Source of the DNA: an uncultured Methanomassiliicoccales archaeon
GTDB taxonomy: Archaea; Thermoplasmatota; Thermoplasmata; RBG-16-68-12; JAJISG01
Reading direction: 5' to 3'
DNA: 64,000 nucleotides
Assembly: GCA_964347325.1 (NCBI GenBank)
Contig: CAYFYA010000010.1
Span: 1,041-65,040, forward strand
Position numbers and translations under genes: made by a program. Of the stretch, positions 9,866 through 19,623 are shown in pieces (position 1 is the stretch's first letter; each line of letters starts with the position of its first letter). A model generated the notes under the pieces. The model had not been told where the DNA came from and ran no database searches. It saw only the letters and a list, made by a program, of their open reading frames with translations.

Positions 9866-12800
9866 GTGGAGGAAATAGAGAGAAGGAACCCGGTTAGACT
9901 CGCACTTTCAATGGCAGTCCTTCTTCTGATTGGGTTGTGGGGAGCTGCCGTGCTCCCTGGGGCCTCTGGAGCGATGGGGACCCTCACCCCGCCCTACTCA
10001 GATTCCGGCCTCGATACTGATGGGAACGGTCAATTTGACTACCTCGTTGTTGAGGCGTCCATTGACGTCACAGAAGCCAACGCCTTCCTGGTGGCAGGAG
10101 AGCTTCATGACGAAAACTTCACCTTCGGCGTCTCCGCCGAGAATGTGACGACCCTTGGCGTAGGCCTCCAAGCCGTGACGCTGTGGTTCTACGGTCCCGA
10201 GATCAACGCCTCCGGAGTCGACGGTCCCTACCTGGTGGAGCTCTATATCAACGACTACTCCAACTTCACCTTCCTCGACAATGACACCTACACTACAGGA
10301 ACCTACAACCACACCGATTTCGACGGATTTCCGGCCCTCTTAGAGCCGCCCCACGGGGACCACGGACTGGACACCGATGGTGACGGCCGCTTCAACCACC
10401 TTGTAGTGGACGTTTCGCTCAACGTGTCGGAGGCAGGGACCTACTCGATCGACGGTTTCCTGCGGAACGCGAACTACAGCCTAACCCTATCTACTAGCAA
10501 CGAGACGAGCCTCTCGGCGGGAGTCCAGACAGTGCAACTCTTCTACACAGGGTCCAACATCAATGCCTCGGGCGCCGACGGCCCCTATACTGTGAATATC
10601 GACCTTACAGATGTGGGAACCTTCATCCTCCTTGACTCTGGCACCCACATCACGGCTGCATACAGCCATCTAGACTTCGAGGAGCCCCCAGTGGAACTGT
10701 TGCCGCCCCACTCGGACTTGGGGCTGGACACCGACACGGACGGCCTCTTCGACTTCCTCGTCGTCGACGTAAGCGTCAACGTGACCGAGAACGACACCTA
10801 CGTCTTCCAGGGGACCCTTCACGATGCGAACTGGACTCTGATTGTTAGTGCTAGCAACACCACAGACCTGGGCTTGGGGGCGCAAGCAGTGCAACTCCAG
10901 TTCATGGGTTCTGCCATCAATGCCTCCGGCATCGATGGCCCGTACACGGTGGAGCTTTCCGTCAGACAGGCCGCGACCTTCGACCTCATCGACTCCGGGG
11001 ACCACACCACCGCCCCCTACAATCACACGGACTTCGAAGGGCCGCTCGCCCTCTTCGCGCCGCTTCATTCCGACTTTCCGCTGGATACCGATGGGGATGG
11101 TCAAATCGATTACCTGGTGGCGAACGTCACGATTCAGGTGAACAGCCCGGGGAACTTCGTGGTCTTCGGGAGCATCACCTTCGGACCTCCGGGTTCAGTC
11201 TCGACGCTGAACATCACGAGCCTCGACCCGGGCATCCACGTGGTGCCGCTCTGGTTCTACGGTCCTGGTCTGAGGAGCGGAGCTAGCGGCCCCTATATGG
11301 TCGGCTTATCCATCGTTGAGCTCACCACCTTCACCTTCCTAGACACCGACACATACTCGACTGGAAACTACTCCCCGGCGGACTTTGAGGGGGCAGAACA
11401 GCTTCTCTCCGCCCCCGCGACGGTCACCCCAACCATCGATGGTACCTTCTCCACCGGGGAGTGGGGCGACGCGACCGTGGTGAACCTTGCTCCCATACCC
11501 GGCAATCGGGTGCCCGCCCTACTGCACGTCAAGAATGACGCAGACCGTGTATACTTGGCATACGATGCCACTGGAGACACGACGGAGGATCTGATGGACA
11601 CTGGGTCCATAGCCTTCGACACCGGGAACGACGACATCACCTCGGATGGGGCGGAGGACGAGTTCCTACAGGGGGATGGCTTCCAGTCACACTACGTGTA
11701 CGATGCTTCCTTCACTACCTGGACCGTAGAGGATTCTCCGTACAACCCCAACCTTCCCAATCACCAGGGGCTGGAGAGCGCCATCGGCTTTGGCCCGAGC
11801 GAGAATAGCCCGATCGCACACCGGGTCTACGAGTTTGCCGTTCCTAGGAACCTCTTGGGGCTACAGGATGGGGAAATCGGATTCCACGGTGCGAGCCATC
11901 CGTCTCCCGGTGTCCTGGACGCGAGCATGCTCCTGGGCTACTCCGTCTGGCCCGTGGGGAGCGCCGGACCTCTGCCCCTGTGGGCGTACGGGGACCTCAT
12001 CCTAGCCGAGATCGGCCCCCCTCTACCGACCATCATCCTGCCGACAGGCGGCGCCACCATTGCTGCTCGCGATGTGGAGGTTCAGTGGACTGTCGCCGAT
12101 GGCGGGAGCGGAGTCGATCACTTCGAGGTCACCCTCGACACAGGCACGCCTGTAGTCCTTCCATCCTCGGCATCGAGCTACACCTTCACCGGTGTCGCTG
12201 ACGGCGCCCACTCTGTCACGTTGGCCGCTTTCGACAGCTCCGGGAAATCCCAGGCCGCTACAGTCGACTTCACCGTCGATGCGAGTCCACCCACCCTCTC
12301 CGTCGACTCCCCCGGGGATGACTCATTCCTTAACACGAGCACTGTGGAGGTCACCTGGACGGCCGGCGACGCCGGCTCGGGCATCGACCGCTTCGAGGTG
12401 ACACTGGATGGCGGAAGCCCCGAGACGCTCGCTGGGACTTCGAACAGCCACACCTTCGTCGACCTCGCCGACGGACTACACACGGTCAACGTGACCGCCG
12501 TTGACCAGGTAGGCAACGCACGGACCGTCCTGCTGGGTCTCACGGTCGACACCGTTCCACCCACGATCTCCATCACCTCGCCTGCCGCGAATAGCGTCGT
12601 CCCCTCAAGTAACGTGGACGTTGTCTGGGAGGCGGAGGATGCGACCTCGGGCATGGACCACTACGAGGTACTCTTCCTCGACGGGACCCCTGTGACCCTG
12701 CCCGGCACAGCGACCAGCTATACCCTCTCGGGCGTTGCGGATGGCGGGCACTCGATTGCAGTCATGGCCGTAGACCGCGCCGGGAACGAACAGTCCCAGA

Positions 12801-12943
12801 CTGTGGGCTTCTCAGTGGACACGAACATCTTCAGCCCGACGGGACCTTTCGGTGTCATGCTGATCGTTGTCATTCCGGTGGCGGTAGGGGGGGCGGCCGC
12901 TGTAGTCCTACTGCTTTGGTTCCGGAAGCGGGGCGCTGGATAG
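9866..12943 (+). CDS. Large N-glycosylated cell-surface (S-layer-like) protein with internal repeats
   Basis: Signal peptide. Four ~120-aa repeats, each carrying a DTDGDG Ca-binding-like loop. A unique middle domain. Three ~90-aa Ig-like repeats (VEVTWTAGDAGSGIDRFEVTLDGG). C-terminus SPTGPFG + TM + RKRGAG. Very high N-x-S/T sequon density. Confidence 0.8.
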   Translation: MEEIERRNPVRLALSMAVLLLIGLWGAAVLPGASGAMGTLTPPYSDSGLDTDGNGQFDYLVVEASIDVTEANAFLVAGELHDENFTFGVSAENVTTLGVGLQAVTLWFYGPEINASGVDGPYLVELYINDYSNFTFLDNDTYTTGTYNHTDFDGFPALLEPPHGDHGLDTDGDGRFNHLVVDVSLNVSEAGTYSIDGFLRNANYSLTLSTSNETSLSAGVQTVQLFYTGSNINASGADGPYTVNIDLTDVGTFILLDSGTHITAAYSHLDFEEPPVELLPPHSDLGLDTDTDGLFDFLVVDVSVNVTENDTYVFQGTLHDANWTLIVSASNTTDLGLGAQAVQLQFMGSAINASGIDGPYTVELSVRQAATFDLIDSGDHTTAPYNHTDFEGPLALFAPLHSDFPLDTDGDGQIDYLVANVTIQVNSPGNFVVFGSITFGPPGSVSTLNITSLDPGIHVVPLWFYGPGLRSGASGPYMVGLSIVELTTFTFLDTDTYSTGNYSPADFEGAEQLLSAPATVTPTIDGTFSTGEWGDATVVNLAPIPGNRVPALLHVKNDADRVYLAYDATGDTTEDLMDTGSIAFDTGNDDITSDGAEDEFLQGDGFQSHYVYDASFTTWTVEDSPYNPNLPNHQGLESAIGFGPSENSPIAHRVYEFAVPRNLLGLQDGEIGFHGASHPSPGVLDASMLLGYSVWPVGSAGPLPLWAYGDLILAEIGPPLPTIILPTGGATIAARDVEVQWTVADGGSGVDHFEVTLDTGTPVVLPSSASSYTFTGVADGAHSVTLAAFDSSGKSQAATVDFTVDASPPTLSVDSPGDDSFLNTSTVEVTWTAGDAGSGIDRFEVTLDGGSPETLAGTSNSHTFVDLADGLHTVNVTAVDQVGNARTVLLGLTVDTVPPTISITSPAANSVVPSSNVDVVWEAEDATSGMDHYEVLFLDGTPVTLPGTATSYTLSGVADGGHSIAVMAVDRAGNEQSQTVGFSVDTNIFSPTGPFGVMLIVVIPVAVGGAAAVVLLLWFRKRGAG
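9983..11422 (+). repeat. Four tandem ~360-bp (120-aa) intragenic domain repeats (units start near 9983, 10343, 10703 and 11063)
   Basis: Protein-level periodicity (L.PPHsD.GLDTDgDG.fd.LVvdVs.nV.e...DGPY.V.l). The DNA copies are diverged. Confidence 0.7.
12025..12830 (+). repeat. Three tandem ~270-bp (90-aa) Ig-like domain repeats
   Basis: Repeated PPT(L/I)S..SP...S...VeVtW.a.DagSG.D.fEV.lDgg.p..L...a.S.tf..vaDG.H.v.v.A.D..GN. Confidence 0.6.
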
Positions 12944-13000
12944 GCTGAGGAACGGTCCCGGTCGTTGTGACATCAGTGATGCCCGTGGAACAAAGGATCC

Positions 13001-13033
13001 AGACGCCTGGGGTGGGTCGGCCTCCAGGCGTCT
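13001..13033 (+). terminator. Strong hairpin (10-bp perfect stem AGACGCCTGG / CCAGGCGTCT, 13-nt loop) between the surface-protein gene and purB
   Basis: Inverted repeat read directly from the sequence. No downstream T-tract, so its role (terminator or RNA-stability element) is an inference. Confidence 0.4.
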
Positions 13034-13093
13034 TCAACCACAGGCGCACACAAGGCTTAATCCAAGCGTCTCCCTTCTAGGAACGGTGGTAGC

Positions 13094-14434
13094 TTGCTCT
13101 GTCCCATTGACTTCCGTTACGGACGCCCTCAGATGAAGTCCATTTTCACGGAAGAGAGTCGCCTGCAGAAGCTCCTCCAGGTGGAGGTCGCCCTGGCGGG
13201 CGCCCACGCGGACCTTGGGACCATCCCCAAGGGAGCCGTCAAGGCCATCGCATCGGCGGTCGACCAGAGAAAGGTCCGTCCGGAGAGGGTGGCGGAGCTG
13301 GAGGGTCAGACGAAGCACGACGTCATGGCCCTTGTCCTGGCTCTCAGCGAAGCCAGCGGGAACGCGGGGGAATACGTCCACCTGGGAGCCACGAGCAATG
13401 ACATTACTGACACGGCCGCTGCTCTCCAGTTGAAGGATGCTCTCCCCATGATCAAGGAGGGTCTCATCCGTCTCCGAGGCGCATTGCTGTCCTTGGCGAA
13501 GGAGCACCGGGCCACGGTCATGCTGGGCAGGACCCACGGACAGGCGGCCGCGCCCATGACCTTCGGCTTGAAGATGGCCGTCTTCGCACTGGAGACGCAG
13601 CGCCACCTGGAGCGCTTGCAGGGGGCGACGAAGAGGATTATCGCGGGAAAGATGCTCGGCGCTGTGGGAACGGGGGCCTCATTCGGAGACCAGGCTCTCA
13701 AGCTCCAGGATCTCGTCATGGAGAAGCTGGGGCTGACAGCGGAGCAGGCCGCCACTCAGATCGTCGGGCGCGACCGGTACGCCGAGTACGTCTCCCTCTT
13801 GGCCGGCGTCGCCGCCTCCCTCGACAAGTTCGCCACGGAGGTCCGCAACCTGCAGCGCACCGAGATCGGCGAGGTGGCGGAGGCCTTCGGGAAGAAGCAA
13901 GTGGGCAGCTCTACCATGCCGCAGAAAGAGAATCCCATCACATCGGAGAACGTCGTCGGTCTAGCCCGCATCGTCCGGGGCTTCGTCGTGCCGGCCCTCG
14001 AGAACGTATCCCTGTGGCACGAGAGGGACTTGACCAACTCCTCCTCAGAGAGGTTCATCATTCCCCACGTGACCGTCCTAGTGGACGACATGCTGCACAA
14101 GATGTCAGACGTCTTCGAGAACCTCCGCGTGCGGCCCGACAGGATGTGGGAGAACGTCCTGGCCACCAAGGGGATGCTGATGGGTGAGGCCGTGATGATG
14201 GCTCTCGCCAAGAAAGGAATGGGACGCCAGAAGGCTCACGAAACCGTACGCGAGATCTCCTTGAAGGCGAAGGCGGAGGGATTGGGACTGAAGGAGGCGC
14301 TGAGAGAGGAGGAAGCCGTCACCGCCTCCCTTACCGAGGAGGAGCTAGACGACGCCATGGATCCCCGCAACTATCTTGGCGCCAGTGGTGACATCGTGGA
14401 CCGGGTCGTCGCCATGTGCGAGGGCTCCAAGTGA
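13094..14434 (+). CDS. purB: Adenylosuccinate lyase
   Basis: N-terminus PIDFRYG (compare PVDGRYG in PurB), fumarate-lyase signature region (GSSTMPQKENP), 446 aa. TTG start. Confidence 0.9.
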   Translation: MLCPIDFRYGRPQMKSIFTEESRLQKLLQVEVALAGAHADLGTIPKGAVKAIASAVDQRKVRPERVAELEGQTKHDVMALVLALSEASGNAGEYVHLGATSNDITDTAAALQLKDALPMIKEGLIRLRGALLSLAKEHRATVMLGRTHGQAAAPMTFGLKMAVFALETQRHLERLQGATKRIIAGKMLGAVGTGASFGDQALKLQDLVMEKLGLTAEQAATQIVGRDRYAEYVSLLAGVAASLDKFATEVRNLQRTEIGEVAEAFGKKQVGSSTMPQKENPITSENVVGLARIVRGFVVPALENVSLWHERDLTNSSSERFIIPHVTVLVDDMLHKMSDVFENLRVRPDRMWENVLATKGMLMGEAVMMALAKKGMGRQKAHETVREISLKAKAEGLGLKEALREEEAVTASLTEEELDDAMDPRNYLGASGDIVDRVVAMCEGSK

Positions 14435-16179
14435 GGTTCTCGAAGCTGGTTGAAGTCTACGAGAAGCTGGAGGGGACGACCAAGCGTCTGGAGATGACGG
14501 ACTACCTCCAAGAGTTCTTCCAGAAGGTTGACGCGGGGGAGATCGACAAGGTGGTTTACCTCACCCAGGGCACCCTCCGGCCAGAGTACGAGGGTGTCGA
14601 GATGGGGCTGGCAGAGAAGCTCGTCATCAGGGCCCTCTCCTTCACCACCGGCCTCCCCATGAAGGAAGTGGAGGCCGCCTACAAGCGGCTGGGGGACATG
14701 GGGAGCGTGGCAGAAGAGGTCATCCAGAGGAAGAAGCAGAGGACCCTCTTCGGACGGCCGTTGACCGTCCTGAAGGTCTACGACAACCTGCTGAACATCG
14801 CCACCGCCTCGGGGACCGGTTCCCAGGAGGCGAAGATTAAGCATCTGGCCGACCTGCTGCACGACGCCGAGCCCCCCGAGGCCCGTTATATCCTGCGTAT
14901 CGTGGTTGGTAGGATGCGCCTCGGCGTGGCGGACATGACCATCGTGGACGCCCTGGCGGCGGCCTTCGCCACGAAGGAGGACCGTGGCGCTGTGGAGAGA
15001 GCCTACAACGTCTCCTCCGACCTCGGGACGGTGGCCCGAAAGCTGGCATCCAAGGGCGTCAAGGGACTCAAGGACATCCACCTACAGATCGGGATACCCG
15101 TGAGGGCGATGCTCTGCGAGAGGTTGCCTGACCTGGGCCAGATCTTCGAGAAGCTGGGCGAGTGCGCCCTAGAGTACAAGTACGACGGCCTCCGCATCCA
15201 GGCCCACGTGGACGGCAAGACCGTCAAGCTCTTCTCCCGTCGCCTGGAGGACCTCACGGAGCAGTTCCCGGACATCGTTGGCGAGGTGAAGCGGGCCTTC
15301 ACCGGCAAGAAAGCGATCCTCGAGGGAGAGGCCGTGCCCGTGGACATCAACACTGGCGCCTTCCTCCCCTTCCAGGCCGTCTCCATCCGCCGAGGCCGGA
15401 AGTACGACATCGACAAGGTCGCGGAGGAGATGCCCGTCCACCTGCTTCTCTTCGACTGTCTGCTCCTGGATGGGAAGGAGCTGGTGGAGAAGCCGTACAG
15501 CAAGAGGCGGGAAGCGTTGGACAGGTGCATCAAGCCCACGGAGAAGGCCAGGCTGGCGGAGACCCTGGTGACCGACGACGTCAATCGGGCTGAGAGCTTT
15601 TTCGACGAGGCCATCGAGCGGGGGTGTGAGGGTATCATCGCCAAGGCCCTGGACTCCCAGTACGAGGCGGGAGCCAGGGGGTGGCAGTGGATCAAGTACA
15701 AGCGGGACTACATGGCGGAGATGGCTGACACTGTCGACTTGGTGGTCGTCGGCTCGTTCGCTGGGCGCGGGCGGCGGGCAGGGACGTACGGTGCATTGCT
15801 AATGGCGGCCTATGACGCCCAGGACGACCTGTTCAGGACGGTGTGCAAGCTCGGTTCCGGCTTCGACGACGAGACGCTCTTCTCCCTTCCAGAGCGGCTC
15901 GAGGGGCACAAGGTCAGTGGACAGCACAAACGCGTCGATTCGAAGCTCGAGGCCGACGCATGGTTCGAGCCAGCGCTGGTCCTGGAGGTCCTGGGTGCTG
16001 AGATCACGCTGAGCCCCATGCACACCTGCGGGTTGGACGTCATCAAGGAGGGTTCTGGGCTCGCCATCCGGTTCCCCAGGTTCACGGGACGGTGGAGGGA
16101 GGACAAGAAGCCCAGGGACGCTACGTCAGTGAAGGAACTCGTTTCCATGTACAAGCGTCAGCTCAAGAAGGTTAGCTGA
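14416..16179 (+). CDS. lig: ATP-dependent DNA ligase (archaeal/eukaryotic type)
   Basis: Adenylation motif I KYDGLRIQAH, a C-terminal OB domain, about 587 aa. An alternative GTG start at 14431 would overlap the purB stop (GTGA). Confidence 0.9.
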   Translation: MRGLQVRFSKLVEVYEKLEGTTKRLEMTDYLQEFFQKVDAGEIDKVVYLTQGTLRPEYEGVEMGLAEKLVIRALSFTTGLPMKEVEAAYKRLGDMGSVAEEVIQRKKQRTLFGRPLTVLKVYDNLLNIATASGTGSQEAKIKHLADLLHDAEPPEARYILRIVVGRMRLGVADMTIVDALAAAFATKEDRGAVERAYNVSSDLGTVARKLASKGVKGLKDIHLQIGIPVRAMLCERLPDLGQIFEKLGECALEYKYDGLRIQAHVDGKTVKLFSRRLEDLTEQFPDIVGEVKRAFTGKKAILEGEAVPVDINTGAFLPFQAVSIRRGRKYDIDKVAEEMPVHLLLFDCLLLDGKELVEKPYSKRREALDRCIKPTEKARLAETLVTDDVNRAESFFDEAIERGCEGIIAKALDSQYEAGARGWQWIKYKRDYMAEMADTVDLVVVGSFAGRGRRAGTYGALLMAAYDAQDDLFRTVCKLGSGFDDETLFSLPERLEGHKVSGQHKRVDSKLEADAWFEPALVLEVLGAEITLSPMHTCGLDVIKEGSGLAIRFPRFTGRWREDKKPRDATSVKELVSMYKRQLKKVS

Positions 16180-16352
16180 CATCATGGCCAAATGGACCTG
16201 AATCAGATTGTAGGTTGAGCGGAACCAACCCATCGATCTCGGTCGATCGGAGAATAGTCTGATCAAGGGGTGAGTTCCAGCAGTGCATACTTGGTCTCGT
16301 GTGGAAGCGAGTCGGCTGCGTGTTATCTAGCCTGATATTGCCCCGCAAGGGT

Positions 16353-16359
16353 TTATATC
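16353..16359 (+). promoter_or_regulatory. Candidate TATA box (tttatat) about 60 nt upstream of the 16421 GTG start
   Basis: An AT-rich heptamer in a GC-rich intergenic region. Confidence 0.3.
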
Positions 16360-16420
16360 GACACCTGCCGACCTCAGATTGCCAGTCTATCAGAGGTGAG
16401 CGACCATCCCAGATGCCCTA

Positions 16421-17536
16421 GTGGCTATCCTGCTTCAGGCCCCTCTACTGACAGCAATCTTCTGGTGGGGAATCGTCCTCCTCCAGGTAGCTAGAGCGCG
16501 GATTCGCACATTCACGGAACTCGCTTTCATCCTAGCGGCTGCCTTCGGGGGTCTCTATGCCTTCATGGACTGGCTATTCTTTGGCTCATTTGATGAGAGT
16601 CCTGCCAGGCTTTTCCTCCGTGTAGGACTAACAGCGCTGACGTTCTCGGTCCTGTTCTTCTTCCTCTTCGCTAAGTGGTACGTGGGCCAGGTGAGACGCC
16701 GGGATCTTCTCTTCGTGGTGGCCACAGCCCTCCCAGTAGTGCTGGTGTGGACAGTCCTGCTCCAGCCCAACCTCATTCCTACAGGCTGGGACGGGTTCGC
16801 GGCCAACTTTGACCTTGCTTGGTTTGGCGTCTGGATCACCTACATCGTGGGGTACATCTTCGGCGGCATCATCTTGACCTATAGGGCGTCGCGCATCGTC
16901 GGACAACAAAGCCGGCTCCTTGGTAGGAGGGTCTTGGCAATCACAATAAGCCTCGCAGTCGCGTTGGTCTTTGGCCTCGTCACAAACACTCTCTTTGCAG
17001 TCGTGGGGCTCTCTGACTTCCCACCCCTATTTTCAACACTGATGGTCTTCCCAGGCGTTCTGACAGTTAGGGCTCTCATGCCTACGGCGGGTACGCGGAT
17101 ATCCACAGCCATGATGAAGTGGGCTCGAAAGCAATTCGAGCTCGTTGATGCCTTCCTGATCTACGAGAACGGTACGCTCATCGCTTCGAGAGGCAAGGAG
17201 GGTGAGGCACAACTCATGGATGATGACATCTTCGGAGCAACCTTGGACGCGATACAGAGTTTCATGAAGACGTCTTTCCCGTACCTGGTGGGGAAGTGGC
17301 TGAGAACAGTGGAACACGGGGACATGCGAATCATCCTTGAGCGGGGGCAGTATTCGTATTTGGCCCTGGTCATTCGGGGAATGGAGAGTGATTTCCTGCG
17401 CAGACAGATGATAGAGGCCCTCCATCTCTTCGAAGAGAAGAATGCCGACATCAAGTCGTGGGACGGGGTTGTGGACGACCTGAGAGGGCTCGATGATCTC
17501 TTCAATACGTTCTACAAGGAGATGCCGGTGCTGTGA
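16421..17536 (+). CDS. Membrane protein with a 6-TM N-terminal region and a cytoplasmic C-terminal alpha/beta domain (possible sensor)
   Basis: Hydrophobic N-terminal half and a soluble C-terminal ~150 aa. No diagnostic motif. Confidence 0.5.
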   Translation: MAILLQAPLLTAIFWWGIVLLQVARARIRTFTELAFILAAAFGGLYAFMDWLFFGSFDESPARLFLRVGLTALTFSVLFFFLFAKWYVGQVRRRDLLFVVATALPVVLVWTVLLQPNLIPTGWDGFAANFDLAWFGVWITYIVGYIFGGIILTYRASRIVGQQSRLLGRRVLAITISLAVALVFGLVTNTLFAVVGLSDFPPLFSTLMVFPGVLTVRALMPTAGTRISTAMMKWARKQFELVDAFLIYENGTLIASRGKEGEAQLMDDDIFGATLDAIQSFMKTSFPYLVGKWLRTVEHGDMRIILERGQYSYLALVIRGMESDFLRRQMIEALHLFEEKNADIKSWDGVVDDLRGLDDLFNTFYKEMPVL

Positions 17537-17539
17537 GGA

Positions 17540-18622
17540 CTAGGCAACAGCTAGCACGCCTAGCTGCTGGCCAAGCTTGTTCTTCTTCGCTGCTATCCTT
17601 CTCTCTCGCTCCTCATCCGTGAGGGACAGCACATACTCAGAAATCTCTGTCACCTTCTGGCCTATTGGCGCGGCCATCGTTTCGTACAGGTTTGCGATCT
17701 CCTCATTCCCGTTCGCCGCGAGAATCGCTGTGGCGGCGGCCTTTGCGGATAGGACGCCAAAGAAGATTCCTTCCCCTGTGAAGGGTTCACAGAAGCCCCC
17801 CGAGTCTCCAACAAGAAGGGCTCTCCCCGTTCCATAGGCCACCTCTCCGAAGGGAATTGACCATCCTTCTCTCCGGACGGGCCGGCCAGGTTCGTAATCG
17901 AACTCCTCCTTAAGCCACTCTCGCAACCTGGTAAATGCGAGGTCAGCAGGAGGTCCCAGAGCCTTGTGCACGCCCAGTCCGAGGACGCTGTGCCCATCCT
18001 TGGGGACCACATACGAGTATATGGGGGAGATATCACCCCTGAAGAGAAGGTAGAAAGAATCCTCGAAGACAGCTCCATCCTCGTAGTACTCCTGAACGAC
18101 GGAAATCGTTCTCTGTGTCGACTCGCCGAATAGCCTTCTCCGGCATGTGCTGTAAACTCCATCCGCTCCGACCAGACAGAACGTCTCAAGCTCCAACGAG
18201 CCATTCTCTGTCTGAAAACGAGCCACTACGCCGTCGCTTGTCTCTTCGATGCCAGCGAGCTGGTGTGAAGACAGGAGGTCGGCACCTTCCTCCACCGCGA
18301 GGCTGGTCATCCATAGGTCGAATCTGGATCTGTCAACGTTGTGAATCTGGTTAGACGGGTTGTGGAACCCGTTCCTCCTCCCGCTTGGAGGAATCACGCG
18401 CTCGGTCAGAACGGGTGGTTCGACGTGTACATCCGGGGGTATCCCGACGCCGAACAGGTTCTCGATCTCCTCTACGCAATGAGACGTGATGAGTCCGCCG
18501 CAGACCTTGCTTCGTGGCAGCGTCCTCTTGTCGGCAATTGCTACTGTCTTCCCCGACTTGGCCAAGACGTAAGCCGCTGCCGCCCCGGCAGGACCCGTTC
18601 CCACCACGACAACATCGTACAT
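17540..18622 (-). CDS. Geranylgeranyl reductase family FAD-dependent oxidoreductase (archaeal lipid saturase-like)
   Basis: N-terminal FAD-binding motif MYDVVVVGTGPAGAAAAYVLAK, the GGR-typical LITSHC/VCGG region, 360 aa. Confidence 0.85.
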   Translation of the reverse strand: MYDVVVVGTGPAGAAAAYVLAKSGKTVAIADKRTLPRSKVCGGLITSHCVEEIENLFGVGIPPDVHVEPPVLTERVIPPSGRRNGFHNPSNQIHNVDRSRFDLWMTSLAVEEGADLLSSHQLAGIEETSDGVVARFQTENGSLELETFCLVGADGVYSTCRRRLFGESTQRTISVVQEYYEDGAVFEDSFYLLFRGDISPIYSYVVPKDGHSVLGLGVHKALGPPADLAFTRLREWLKEEFDYEPGRPVRREGWSIPFGEVAYGTGRALLVGDSGGFCEPFTGEGIFFGVLSAKAAATAILAANGNEEIANLYETMAAPIGQKVTEISEYVLSLTDEERERRIAAKKNKLGQQLGVLAVA

Positions 18623-18631
18623 CGGCCCCTC

Positions 18632-19621
18632 CTAGTAGTAGAACTGGTAGAGGCCCTGGGGCGAGCCAAAGACGAAGAGCTTGGTGGGCCGGCTCCTCAG
18701 AAGGACCCGCTTATTGAAGAGCCTAAGCTCGCGGAGCTGATGTCTAGCCTTCACCTCGTCGATGTCCCCGTACATCTTCACCAAGCCCTCGCCAGTGTGC
18801 ATGAGCTTCGCCACGAGGGAAAGCGTCGCAAGTGCCACCAACTCGTCGAAGGTCCAGTTACTGAAGAGGGTCCCGTTCTGGCAGTACATGAAGGTCGATT
18901 TGAGCAGCTTGTCGGGTATCCAACCTCCCCCCGATAGGTTCAGCTTGGTGTGCCTGACGCAGACATCGACGTCGGGGAGCGCTTTCAGCTGCGCGGCCGT
19001 CTGAGAGTTGTCGTTGCCGTTCTCGGTGTAGTCCACCAGGAAGTAAGCGTTGAAGCCGCTGCTAGGGTACTCAGGCAGCAGGTTCGTCAGGCGGCTCCGC
19101 AACTCGTAGTCCTCCCCCATGCCCACCAGATGAACACCAACGCCTTCCCTGCGAGCGTAGGACGCGAAGGGCTTGATTCCCTCCGAGAGGATCTTCAGGA
19201 TGCGGTTCGTGCCCTCCCTTCCCCTCCCCCTGTTGTACATCGTGTGGGTCATCAAAATGCAGTTCCTGGCACCGACGTGCCTCAGCGTGTGGACCAAGGC
19301 GAGGCAGTACAATGCCGCGTCGACCCCCACGTCGATGTCTGGCCTCACGGTAAGGGTCGACCGCGTGCCGTCCGGGATGTCGTACACCACCAGGGACGGC
19401 ATCAACCTCAAGGCCTCCTCGGAGGTCAGACTGAGATCGAGATTCTCCTCTATGCCCCCCCAGATCTCGTGGAAGTGTCCCAGGACGGTCTTCTTGCCCG
19501 GGAAAGTGCTGGCTATGTCCTGTCCGAGGGAGGCCTTGCCCCCGACTTCGGGGATCTCGTCGAGGTCGACGTACACTTCAGCCAACTCCTCTCTCTTCAG
19601 AGACATCTCCCCTTCCCCCAT
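18632..19621 (-). CDS. Hypothetical protein (alpha/beta), co-directional with and 10 nt upstream of the GGR gene
   Basis: 329-aa ORF with good coding character. No recognisable signature. Confidence 0.5.
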   Translation of the reverse strand: MGEGEMSLKREELAEVYVDLDEIPEVGGKASLGQDIASTFPGKKTVLGHFHEIWGGIEENLDLSLTSEEALRLMPSLVVYDIPDGTRSTLTVRPDIDVGVDAALYCLALVHTLRHVGARNCILMTHTMYNRGRGREGTNRILKILSEGIKPFASYARREGVGVHLVGMGEDYELRSRLTNLLPEYPSSGFNAYFLVDYTENGNDNSQTAAQLKALPDVDVCVRHTKLNLSGGGWIPDKLLKSTFMYCQNGTLFSNWTFDELVALATLSLVAKLMHTGEGLVKMYGDIDEVKARHQLRELRLFNKRVLLRSRPTKLFVFGSPQGLYQFYY

Positions 19622-19623
19622 GC

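Noticed and set aside
13034-14211. Minus-strand ORFs of 149-190 aa (13034..13606, 13306..13755, 13756..14211) and similar ones opposite lig (15003..15701)
   Set aside because: They lie antisense to purB and lig, which have unambiguous motifs. They are shadow ORFs.
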